Of a stretch of 64,000 bases of DNA, positions 10,452 to 19,373 are shown piece by piece. The notes under the pieces are model-generated. The model was not told the DNA's origin. It did no database searches and worked only from the letters and a program-made list of their open reading frames with translations. Source of the stretch: a virus. Location: positions 25,906 to 89,905 of the IMG/VR virus record IMGVR_UViG_3300048834_000455. One strand, given 5' to 3'. Within the stretch, counting starts at the first letter, position 1, and the number at the start of each line of letters is the position of its first letter. A program made the position numbers and the translations under genes.

Positions 10452-12190
10452 GCATGGACTCCTTCGGTCAACCATACTACGACGCCGTCAAACGCCGCTT
10501 CCTCAAGGACGTTGAAGGGCACACCATCACACTGGCGATGGCCGACCCGTTGCCTTCCCGTTACATCGTGGTCCGCAACCCGAAGGAGAGCGGCTACTGG
10601 TGGAAGATCGTCACCTACCCAGGCGGCCTGCTCATAACTGGGGACATGGGCACCTACTGCTTCGAGCGCGAGAACGACATGTTCGGCTGGTGGCCGGCGG
10701 ACTACCGAGGTCACCCATCTTATTCCTACATCGCAGAGAAGTGCGTCGCCGCCGACAAGGGCGGGACTGGAGTCAAGCGCTTCAACGAGGCCAAAGCCAA
10801 GCACCTGATCGATGAGCTCGAGCGCGAGCATCGCGAGGAGTACGGGCCACAGGCGGCCGAGGACGAGGACGACGAGCCGATAGAGGATCGAACCAACCCC
10901 GATTTCCTGCAAATGATCGTCTCCATTCGCGAGTGGTTCGACAGCGACGAATTCCATGAGAGCGACACCTTGTTCTATCAGGCCATCGAGAGAGCGAATC
11001 AGCGCCTCTGGAATGAGCGCACCGGCGAGAGCACCCGCGACTATGATCGATTCCACATCGACCTTTGCGAATTCGGCTCACCCAACGACTACAGCTTCCA
11101 TTTCCTCTGGTGTGTTCACGCCGTGCGCTGGACCATCGACCGCTTAGCCGCGCAGCAAACCGAGAGCGAGGCGCGCGAACAGAGCCTGCTTCAACTCCTA
11201 AACCAAACCGAAAGCGAGACACCATCATGACCACAAATGACCGCACCATCGCCCGCGCCATCCACGGCGACACCAAGCCCGAGCTGCGCGACGTTACCGC
11301 CGACTACGACGAGATGCGTGCCGCGTACAACAGCGCCAAGCTTGGCGAGGAGGCCTGCGAGAAGCTGCTCGACACGATGGCCGCGGTGGTCAAGGAGGAT
11401 CACCCTCCCGCCGAGATGCTCTTGCGGCTCAAGGCTTGCCTGACGCACCATGACCGCGAAGTGCGCCCTTTGCTTCGTCGCGACATGGCCGCCACTGCCG
11501 CCCCAGAGGTGCCAGCATGAACCTCACCACCTCGCACACCATCGTTCCCCTCGCAGACCACCCGAGCCGCAACGACGACACCGCGCAGATCGTGTGGACC
11601 GAGTTCGCTCGCCGCCTCCCGACCGTCTACGCCGTACGCGGTGGCTTCCTTCTCACGTGGGGCGGGAGCGCTGTGCTGGAGCTGTTCGCGACCGAGGGCG
11701 AGGCCGTCAGCGCGTGGCGTGGTATTGCCAAGGAGGCCTTATGACCGCTGAGCGCCTAGCCGAAATCCGCGAGGCCGCCGCTACCAAGGCGCCCGCTCAC
11801 GCCGCTGACCACCGCCGCGAGCTGCTCGACCACGTGCGAGAGATGGAGTGCGCCCGCGACCTGGCCGTGCGCCGTTGCGAGGACTGGTTCGCGATCGCGC
11901 AGACCCTCCGCGCCGAGGTCGACACCCTTCTCGTGCGCGTGCAGGCTGCCGAGGGGCGCCATCAGCAGAACGTGCAGATTCGCAAGATGTGGCTTGAGGA
12001 GCGGCGGAGGAAGGCTTCGCCCGAACTGCAGGATCGAGTGGAGGAGTTGGCCCGAGAGGTGCGCGACCTTCAGTGCGACTTGCGCAACGCGGAAGAGGAC
12101 GCGCAGGAGGACCGCGACGAGGTCGACCGCCTTCGCAAGTTAGTCCCGTATGAGTGCCAATGGGCGACGCCTGGCGAGGTGCGGAGATGA
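10448..12190 (+). CDS. hypothetical proteins (10448..11230, 11227..11520, 11517..11744, 11741..12190)
   Basis: Coupled ORFs. 10448..11230 has the IVTYPGGLLITGDMGTYCF.R..DMF pattern, which I recognise from uncharacterised phage proteins. Confidence 0.6.
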
Positions 12191-12690
12191 GAGGCGATCA
12201 CACCGTTCTTCGTGGCGCCATCAAGGACCACCGTGTCGCCTCTCTCGCCGACCTCAATGCTCGACCTTTGCGCAGGCTTGCCAAGCGCCGATGCCGTGGC
12301 GTCAAGCTTGGCAAGACCTGTCAGCGAGTGCTCGAGTTCATCGCCTCCTGCGCTTACAGCCCTTCGCTACGGGAGATTGGCGAGGCCGTTGGGCTCTCAA
12401 GCTCAAGCTCGGTGCAGGCCCACGTGAAGAATCTGGAGGCCTTGGGCTATCTAGAGCCGTCGGTACCCGGCAAGCCTCGATCCATCGTGCTGGCCAACCG
12501 CCCCGACTACCTCGGCCGAGCCCTAGCCCTCGCGCAAAGCCTCGCTTCGGAGACCGGCCGCGAAGATGCCACAACGCTGCTCGACATCCTCGAAAAGATG
12601 GCAGGGCTGGACCCACGTGATGGGACCGCCGAGAGCATCGCCGAAGCTTCCATGCCCCACAATTCACCGCAGAAAGAGAACCAGTCATGA
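12187..12690 (+). CDS. LexA-type DNA-binding-domain protein lacking the S24 peptidase domain
   Basis: QRVLEFI....YSPSLREIGEAVGLSSSSSVQAHVKNLEALGYL...PGKPRSI matches the LexA N-terminal wHTH. No Ala-Gly cleavage site or Ser/Lys peptidase follows. Confidence 0.8.
   Translation: MRGDHTVLRGAIKDHRVASLADLNARPLRRLAKRRCRGVKLGKTCQRVLEFIASCAYSPSLREIGEAVGLSSSSSVQAHVKNLEALGYLEPSVPGKPRSIVLANRPDYLGRALALAQSLASETGREDATTLLDILEKMAGLDPRDGTAESIAEASMPHNSPQKENQS
12614..12646 (+). promoter_or_regulatory. bipartite repeated motif, copy 1 (CACGTGATGGGACC-N14-CGAAG)
   Basis: Near-exact match to four other copies; lies upstream of the small ORF at 12687 and the NDT-to-methylase cluster. Confidence 0.55.
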
Positions 12691-12816
12691 CGATACACTA
12701 CCGCTGCAACCCTGACGGCACCTCGACCCCCACTGAGCCCTGCGACCTCACGCCCATTTGCTTCGGCGTCGCTAAGCTTGTCGCGGGTCTCGAGAGCGCG
12801 CTGCTGGAGGTGCGAG

Positions 12817-13314
12817 ATGCGTAACCTCCGCCTCTTCATCGCCGGAGCCAGTAGTCAGCGCCTGGCTGTGCGCGAGGTCATCGACGCCTGCACCGCCCTC
12901 GGCCACACCGTGACATACGACTGGACCCGGGCGCCAGAGTGGGAGCAAGACTTCCCGCTGACCCGCCTTCAGTCCATCGCCGCAGCCGAGGCCAACATGG
13001 CTGGAGTGCGAGAGTGCTGGGCGCTCATCTGGGTCGTGGACCGCGACCACCCGAGCCACGGAGCACCGTTCGAGGCTGGCGTCGCTTGGGCGTCTGGCAA
13101 GCCTGTCGTCGCGCTTTGGTCGGGAGACCTCGCCGCTATGGACTACTGGATCTACGCGGCTGGAGCGATGGGCCATGCGGTTCACAACGTGCGCAGCGCC
13201 ATCTATGTTCTCTCTGACCTCGTGCTGGGGTTCAGGCCTCCCGAATCTGACTTCGAGACCTTAGCCGAAGCCGACGTTCCCGGGCAGATTCTGCTCGCGG
13301 AGGTGGCGTTGTGA
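12817..13314 (+). CDS. nucleoside 2-deoxyribosyltransferase / nucleotide hydrolase-like protein
   Basis: LFIAG start, [28 protein letters not shown] (G..xE.G.A.A.GKPV NDT motif). Confidence 0.7.
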   Translation: MRNLRLFIAGASSQRLAVREVIDACTALGHTVTYDWTRAPEWEQDFPLTRLQSIAAAEANMAGVRECWALIWVVDRDHPSHGAPFEAGVAWASGKPVVALWSGDLAAMDYWIYAAGAMGHAVHNVRSAIYVLSDLVLGFRPPESDFETLAEADVPGQILLAEVAL

Positions 13315-14027
13315 GCACGGGTATCGAGTGGACCGACGAGACTTACAACCCGCTCAGCGGCTGCGACAAGATTAGCCCTGGCTGTGCTCATTGCTACGCC
13401 GAAGTGATGGCCAAGCGCCTGCAGAGGATGGGCCAGCCTAACTACCGCGACGGCTTCAAGCTCACCTTCCACCCGCACATGCTCGACAGACCGCGCCGGT
13501 GGAAACGGCCGCGCATGATCTTCGTCAACAGCATGAGCGACCTGTTCCATGTCGGGGTCCCGTTGGAGTACATCCAGAGGGTCTTCACGGTCATGCGCGA
13601 GACGCCCCAGCACACCTACCAGGTGTTGACAAAGCGCGCTGATCGCCTCGCCTCTCTGGCGCCAGAGATCGACTGGCCGGCCAATGTTTGGCAAGGGGTC
13701 TCAGTCGAGAACCGCCGCTTCACTGACCGCATTGACCACCTTCGAACCGTGCCGGCCACCGTGCGCTTTCTATCGCTAGAGCCTCTACTGGGCCCGCTTC
13801 CGAACCTGAACCTCGAGGGCATCCACTGGGTGATCGTCGGTGGCGAGAGCGGCAACGGTGCGCGGCCGATGGAAGAGGCTTGGGTCCGCGACATCAAGGC
13901 GCAGTGTGACCGCGCGGGCGTGGCGTTCTTCTTCAAGCAGTGGGGAGGCACGAACAAGAAGGCCACCGGGCGCCTGCTCGACGGCCGCACGTGGGACGCG
14001 ATGCCACCAAGAGGGGTGCTCGCATGA
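13311..14027 (+). CDS. phage Gp37/Gp68 family protein (DUF5131, radical-SAM-like)
   Basis: [68 protein letters not shown]. Confidence 0.92.
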   Translation: MSTGIEWTDETYNPLSGCDKISPGCAHCYAEVMAKRLQRMGQPNYRDGFKLTFHPHMLDRPRRWKRPRMIFVNSMSDLFHVGVPLEYIQRVFTVMRETPQHTYQVLTKRADRLASLAPEIDWPANVWQGVSVENRRFTDRIDHLRTVPATVRFLSLEPLLGPLPNLNLEGIHWVIVGGESGNGARPMEEAWVRDIKAQCDRAGVAFFFKQWGGTNKKATGRLLDGRTWDAMPPRGVLA

Positions 14028-14788
14028 TCATCGATACCCCACCACCAACGGGCCTAATCCCCATCTCGTTTGACCAGCCCCGCGTTGAGCTCCAAGCGCC
14101 GCTGTCGAAGGCCAAGGGCAAAGCAGAGATGCTCGCGAGATGGCAGGCCGCTATCGACGCCGCAAGCCGTCACCCTGGCACGTTCACCGAGTTGGCCGAC
14201 TACGCGCAGCACCAGCAGGCTATGCGCCTCTGCCGTGACTACCTCGCCGAGGCTATCACCCACGCCCGCAGCAAGTCCGCGAGTGTCGGCGGTGGCCCCC
14301 AAGCGGTCTCGACACCGCGACCGTTCTTCGAGTTCGTGCAGGCTCACCTCGGCGTATACTTCGGCATCGACCTCGCCGCGGTGGCCGAGAACGCCCTCTG
14401 CGCCGAGTACTTCGGGCCGTGCGCAGGGTCGCTTGCATGCGACGCCCTCACGCAGGACTGGGCCGCTGTCACCGGGCCGAGTCGCTGGGGCTGGCTAAAC
14501 CCGCCCTTCTCGCACGTTCTGCCCTGGGTCCGCAAGGCCCGGCTCGAGTGCGCCAGAGGTGCGCGCCTGGTCATGTTGCTCAAGCTCGCGCCCGGCACCA
14601 AGTGGCACATCGAGGAGATTGACGGCCAGAACTGCAGCGTCTTCAAGATGAGAGGGCGCCTGAAGTTCCCTGGCTTCGACCACGGAGCCGCGTTCGACAC
14701 GCAAGTGGTCATGTTTGACGGACTGCCCTTCCGTGAACGCACATGGGACTGGAGGCCTGCGATGAAGGCTGCGGGGTTCGAGGTATGA
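14024..14788 (+). CDS. phage Dam-like N6-adenine DNA methyltransferase
   Basis: STPRPFF, IDLAA..ENA, DALTQDW, WLNPPFS (motif IV), GRLKF. Confidence 0.8.
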   Translation: MIIDTPPPTGLIPISFDQPRVELQAPLSKAKGKAEMLARWQAAIDAASRHPGTFTELADYAQHQQAMRLCRDYLAEAITHARSKSASVGGGPQAVSTPRPFFEFVQAHLGVYFGIDLAAVAENALCAEYFGPCAGSLACDALTQDWAAVTGPSRWGWLNPPFSHVLPWVRKARLECARGARLVMLLKLAPGTKWHIEEIDGQNCSVFKMRGRLKFPGFDHGAAFDTQVVMFDGLPFRERTWDWRPAMKAAGFEV

Positions 14789-15459
14789 TCATCCTGCCTT
14801 ACGCCAACGCCAGCTTCGCCACCGCTGAGCTAGACCCACCATGGGACGGCAAGGAGAAAGGCTGCCGTGGCTATGCCGGTGTCAAAGGCTACGACGTGGA
14901 TGCCGCCTCTCAGTACGAGAACGTGATGTCTCTCGCCGAGATCGAGGCCCTCGGCTTCGAGGCCATCCGCTGCTGCAAGCCGAGCTTCCACCTCTGGCTC
15001 TGGGTCACGGAGTTGTTCCTCGAAGAGGGGCTGCTGCTGCTCAAGCGGTGGGGCCTGCAGCGCAAGCGAACGCACGTGTGGGTCAAGACCACGAGGGGCA
15101 TTTCGCGCACGCTGAAGGGGCTCGAAGGCTTCTCTCGCCAGCGCATAGCCGAAGCTTCGGAGGTCCTGGAGGCAGCCGGCTACTCTGGCAAGCCGTACTC
15201 GCGCACCGGTCACTGGGGCAAGATGGGTCACGAGTACCTCATCATGGCCACCAACGACGCTAGCATGCGCACCCTCAACGCGACCCGCGAGCCGAGCGTG
15301 TTCTTCGCGCCTGTACCCGATGGCAAGCACTCGGCCAAGCCGCCCGAGGCTTACGACCTTATCGCGCGCAACAGCCCTGGCCCTCGCTTGAGCTTGTTCC
15401 AGCGCACACACCGACCCGGCTTCGAGTGCTGGGGGAATCAACTGGAGGCGGTTTCGTGA
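14785..15459 (+). CDS. MT-A70-family methyltransferase
   Basis: DPPW, LWLWVT, VWVK, HEYLIMA, HSAKP, LSLFQR..RPGFECWGNQ. Confidence 0.85.
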   Translation: MIILPYANASFATAELDPPWDGKEKGCRGYAGVKGYDVDAASQYENVMSLAEIEALGFEAIRCCKPSFHLWLWVTELFLEEGLLLLKRWGLQRKRTHVWVKTTRGISRTLKGLEGFSRQRIAEASEVLEAAGYSGKPYSRTGHWGKMGHEYLIMATNDASMRTLNATREPSVFFAPVPDGKHSAKPPEAYDLIARNSPGPRLSLFQRTHRPGFECWGNQLEAVS

Positions 15460-16079
15460 GTTCACGTTATCAACAGGGTTGTCCACTGGCGTTATCTACG
15501 GGCCCCTGCCGAACCCTGACCCTCACCCGAGAGCAGCGCGACCGCGAGAGTGCCGAGATGCTGGTTCGCGGCAACGTGCTCAGTCTCGTCGGCCGCACCG
15601 TGCCGAGAAGCGCTGGACACATGGTGGACTGCAAGTGTTGCGGCAAGACGTTCCGTGTAATCCACCACAAACAAGTCGTTTGCAGTGAGGCGTGTCGCAA
15701 ACGATGGGACCGGGTGCGCAGCGGCAACCGACCAGGGCGAAGCACTCTCGGCCGGCCGTTCAAGGCGCTTGACCTCCGCGAAGTCCTCGCGTCTACAAGC
15801 TACACCGTTCCCGAGGCTACGCAGTTCATCGCCACCGTTGACGCTCTTCGTGCTGCGTGCCTCGCACAGTACGGCGGAATCTATCCGTGCGAGAAGGCCC
15901 TCGGGTTACGCCGTGGCGCCATCGCTGCCCTGTGCCAGCCCGACCCCGGGCTGCAGCGCGTCAAGCAGCGGCGCCTCGAATCCCTCGCTGCTCGGATCGG
16001 AGTTACCCACAGTATCCCCATGGCCTATTACGATAGGGACAATAGACTAAAAGATAATCAAGCGGAGGCGGCTTCATGA
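15456..16079 (+). CDS. hypothetical Zn-ribbon protein
   Basis: CKCCGKTF...VCSEAC Cys cluster. Confidence 0.5.
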   Translation: MSSRYQQGCPLALSTGPCRTLTLTREQRDRESAEMLVRGNVLSLVGRTVPRSAGHMVDCKCCGKTFRVIHHKQVVCSEACRKRWDRVRSGNRPGRSTLGRPFKALDLREVLASTSYTVPEATQFIATVDALRAACLAQYGGIYPCEKALGLRRGAIAALCQPDPGLQRVKQRRLESLAARIGVTHSIPMAYYDRDNRLKDNQAEAAS

Positions 16080-16146
16080 CTTCCGATTTGTTCACAAGGA
16101 TCCAGCTACTTACCCAGGGTAAAGACATACTGGTTGACGATCTTTT

Positions 16147-16935
16147 ATGAGCATCACTGACCGCATATGTCGGACGCTCGACGAGGAGTCCGCTCGGGCC
16201 CTCCTCCTTCACGAGGAGATTCCAGACTGGATAGACATCGAGCGCCGACCAGAAAAACCACGACCAGCACCGCGACCCGAAAAGAAAGCAGCAACAATGG
16301 GAATCCCGCAACACGCACCGCAAAAAGAATCCCTCGATCTAGTCGGTCAAGCCATGGCCAAGATCGGACGAGGCGCCATTACCGAGGCGTCAGTTGCTAC
16401 TGGCCTTGGGCGAAACACGGGCGGACTCCATCGTTGGCTGAAGACCGGTACCGGACTGTCGGCTCCGCGCGTGGCAAAGCTAATGGAGTGGGCCCAGGAG
16501 GTGTTGGACGCCGAGGACCCTGGCGCCGCTGTCCGCGAGAGGTGGGATGAGGCGCGGAAGAAGATGTCCACCGCAAAGAAACTCTCCCGCGCCGCCACCC
16601 CGCAAAGCTTCGCCGATGACCGCGCAGGCACCGAGAAGGCGAAGGCCGAGATCGAGGCGCCACCCGAAGCGGTCGACCACTTCGGTGGCAAGAGAGTGCT
16701 CTGCCCTGGCTGCCGAGGTTGGTTCGAGCCGGGTGACCGCTGCGCGTGCTTGGGTCCCGCCTCAACAGCCCTGGGTCAGCGGGCGATGATCGCCGCTACA
16801 CCCTCACCCGCGCCCCCCGGTGACGCCGTCCTCGTCGAGCACCTGGAGCGCATGCTGGCCGACGAGATCGCGCGGCTGGCTCCGAACGCGGCGCCGAGGA
16901 TTCGCGCGAGAGTGCTGCTGGAGGCGAGGGTATAA
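16147..16935 (+). CDS. hypothetical protein (possible HTH plus Zn knuckle)
   Basis: Long ORF after an AT-rich spacer; CPGCRGW...CAC. Confidence 0.5.
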   Translation: MSITDRICRTLDEESARALLLHEEIPDWIDIERRPEKPRPAPRPEKKAATMGIPQHAPQKESLDLVGQAMAKIGRGAITEASVATGLGRNTGGLHRWLKTGTGLSAPRVAKLMEWAQEVLDAEDPGAAVRERWDEARKKMSTAKKLSRAATPQSFADDRAGTEKAKAEIEAPPEAVDHFGGKRVLCPGCRGWFEPGDRCACLGPASTALGQRAMIAATPSPAPPGDAVLVEHLERMLADEIARLAPNAAPRIRARVLLEARV

Positions 16936-18854
16936 TGGGCGCCACACTCAAGGCAAAACGTGACACCGAGGGCCAGGGCTGGCTATCCGAGGAGAGCACC
17001 GAATTCGCCGCTTGCGAAGCGCTAGTTGACAAGCTCAAGGCGCTAGAGTCCACCGAGGAGATGATCGTCGACCTCTTCGCCGGTGGAGGCGGAGCGTCAC
17101 ACGGCATCTTCATGGCCACCGGCAAGCACCCACACGCCGCTGTCAACCACGACCGAGAAGCCATCCTGATGCATAGCATCAATCACCCCGACACCGTCCA
17201 CTATGTCTCCGATATCCGCGGCATCATCCCGTGGGAAGTGACGAAAGGCCGCCCCGTGGGCTTGCTCTGGGCCTCGCCCGATTGCAAACATTTTAGTAAG
17301 GCGAAAGGTGGGACGCCCGTCGAGAAGGAGATTCGCGACCTCGCTTGGGTCGTGCCAACGTGGGCCCAGACCGTTCGTCCCCGCGTCATCTGTTTGGAAA
17401 ACGTCGAGGAGTTCATCACCTGGTGCCCGCTCGTCGAGAAGGTGGACAAGATCACCGGCCTGGTGGTCATCAATCCGCGAACCGGCAAGCCGATGATGGA
17501 GCCCGACGCCTCCAAAAAGGGCGAGACGTTCACCGCATGGGTGGATGCCCTCAAGCGCTGCGGCTATGCCGTGGAGTGGAAGGAGCTTGTCGCGGCCAAC
17601 TACGGCGTGCCCACCACGCGGAAGCGCCTCTTCGTTATCGCGAGGTGCGATGGCCTGCCTATCGTTTGGCCTGAGCCAACCCACAGCAAGGGAGGAGCAG
17701 GGGGCCTTTTGCCCTGGCGCAGCGCCGCCGAGTGCATCGACTGGAAGCTGCCTACGCGAAGCATATTCGGCCGGCCGCGTCCTCTTGCCCACGCCACTAT
17801 GGCCCGCATCGCCAAAGGCATCGAGCGCTTCGTTCTCAACAACCCGAGGCCGTTTCTCGTACCGTTGACCCACCAGGGAGCACCCCGGGTTTACGACATA
17901 GACGACCCCTTCCGCACGGTCACGGCCGCCCATCGCGGAGAAGTCGCTATCGTGGAGCCGGTCATGGCGCCGACCACGAACGGTGTCGGCGGACGCGCTG
18001 GGCAAAGTAGACCGCGATCGGTCGAGGAGCCTGCCGCCACCATCACTTCGAAGGCCGATACGGTCCTAACGGTGACGCACATGGCGCCCTACGGTGTTCC
18101 CCGCTACGGTGAACGCGAGGGGCAGGAGCCGCGAACCAACGACATCCAGGAGCCGATGCCGACCGTCGTGACAACAGGCAACGGGTTCCAACTCTGCTCG
18201 GCTTTCATGGCGCAGCACAACGGCGGATTCAACACGACCCCCGGTCACCCGCTGGAAGCCCCCGTCTCAACCATTTGCCAGAGCGGGGCGAATCAGCAGC
18301 TCGTGACCTCGCATCTGATGATCCAGCGCAGAAACGCCTTTGGCCGGAGTATGGAGGAGCCATCGCCGACCAGTACGGCGCACACGAACCATCTTCACGC
18401 CGTGACCGGCCATCTGGAGGTGATGCGCAACAACGCGAACGGCCAGGACGTGCAGGAACCTGCACCTACCGTCTGCGCCCAGGGAACTCACCTGAGCGTC
18501 GTGCTGAGCTTCCTCACTAGCTTCTATGGCACGGGGCTCGGCCAGGACTGCCGCGCACCGCTGCGCACCGTGACCACCTGCGACCGCTTCGGGGTCGTGA
18601 CCGCTCACGCCGCCGTCGAGATTGACGGCCAGACCTACGCTCTCTCGGATATCCACATGCGGATGCTGGCGCCGAGAGAACTCTACCTCGCTCAAGGGTT
18701 TCCGCCCGAGTACGTGATCGACCCGATACTCGACGGAAAACCCCTCACGAAGACCGCGCAGGTTCGAATGTGTGGCAACAGCGTTTGTCCCGGCCTGGCA
18801 GCCGCCATCGTCAGCGCCAACTACCAGCCGCTAGAGATGCAGGTAGCAGCATGA
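16935..18854 (+). CDS. C5-cytosine DNA methyltransferase with an expanded variable region
   Basis: DLFAGGGG (I), SPDCKHFS (IV), ENVEEF (VI), YGVPTTRKRLF (VIII), RML.PREL..AQGFP (IX), GNSV (X). Confidence 0.93.
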   Translation: MGATLKAKRDTEGQGWLSEESTEFAACEALVDKLKALESTEEMIVDLFAGGGGASHGIFMATGKHPHAAVNHDREAILMHSINHPDTVHYVSDIRGIIPWEVTKGRPVGLLWASPDCKHFSKAKGGTPVEKEIRDLAWVVPTWAQTVRPRVICLENVEEFITWCPLVEKVDKITGLVVINPRTGKPMMEPDASKKGETFTAWVDALKRCGYAVEWKELVAANYGVPTTRKRLFVIARCDGLPIVWPEPTHSKGGAGGLLPWRSAAECIDWKLPTRSIFGRPRPLAHATMARIAKGIERFVLNNPRPFLVPLTHQGAPRVYDIDDPFRTVTAAHRGEVAIVEPVMAPTTNGVGGRAGQSRPRSVEEPAATITSKADTVLTVTHMAPYGVPRYGEREGQEPRTNDIQEPMPTVVTTGNGFQLCSAFMAQHNGGFNTTPGHPLEAPVSTICQSGANQQLVTSHLMIQRRNAFGRSMEEPSPTSTAHTNHLHAVTGHLEVMRNNANGQDVQEPAPTVCAQGTHLSVVLSFLTSFYGTGLGQDCRAPLRTVTTCDRFGVVTAHAAVEIDGQTYALSDIHMRMLAPRELYLAQGFPPEYVIDPILDGKPLTKTAQVRMCGNSVCPGLAAAIVSANYQPLEMQVAA

Positions 18855-19054
18855 GCCTAGACCCCGCCTTCCTCCGAGGCGTCCAGCGATACTGCGGCGC
18901 CTACAAGAATCCGAAGCGGCGCTACCCAACCAAGGCCGACGCACAGCGCTCCCTCGGCAAGCTCTACGCCACCGCCAAAAGGCAGCGCTCGCAGATGCCG
19001 GAGCCATTCCACTGCGCTACATGCGGAGCGTGGCACAACGGGAGGCGACGGTGA
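18851..19054 (+). CDS. small Zn-finger protein (K-x2-Y...C-x2-C-x2-WH)
   Basis: KRRYPTKADA...FHCATCGAWH. Confidence 0.55.
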   Translation: MSLDPAFLRGVQRYCGAYKNPKRRYPTKADAQRSLGKLYATAKRQRSQMPEPFHCATCGAWHNGRRR

Positions 19055-19103
19055 GGGTGGGAGGAGCGAAAGTTAACATGAGATTCCCACCGTTTTCGAC
19101 ATG

Positions 19104-19148
19104 AGGTCCTCAAGACAAATGGCGGCTACTGTAATACAATTAGGACCT
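19104..19148 (+). promoter_or_regulatory. sigma70-like promoter flanked by an inverted repeat
   Basis: AAGACA(19112-17)-N17-TACAAT(19135-40) in an AT-rich intergenic region, bracketed by AGGTCCT(19104-10) and AGGACCT(19142-48). Confidence 0.5.
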
Positions 19149-19181
19149 AGGCAGGATAAGGATTTGAGCACGATACACACC

Positions 19182-19373
19182 ATGCGCGTAATACGCAAAA
19201 ACAAGGGCCTGAAGATGGTCCAACTGGCCGAGCTAACCGGCATCCATATCGCCGATCTTTCGAAGGTCGAGACTGGCGAGCGCCGGCCTTTCCCCGGGTG
19301 GCGCCGTCGCATCGCCGAGGCTCTTGAGACGCCCGAGGCGGAGCTGTTCCCAAGCGAGGCGGAGCAGCCATGA
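19182..19373 (+). CDS. XRE-family HTH protein
   Basis: IRKNKGLKMVQLAELTGIHIADLSKVETGERRP...RRRIAEALET...ELF. The start could instead be TTG 19164. Confidence 0.8.
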   Translation: MRVIRKNKGLKMVQLAELTGIHIADLSKVETGERRPFPGWRRRIAEALETPEAELFPSEAEQP

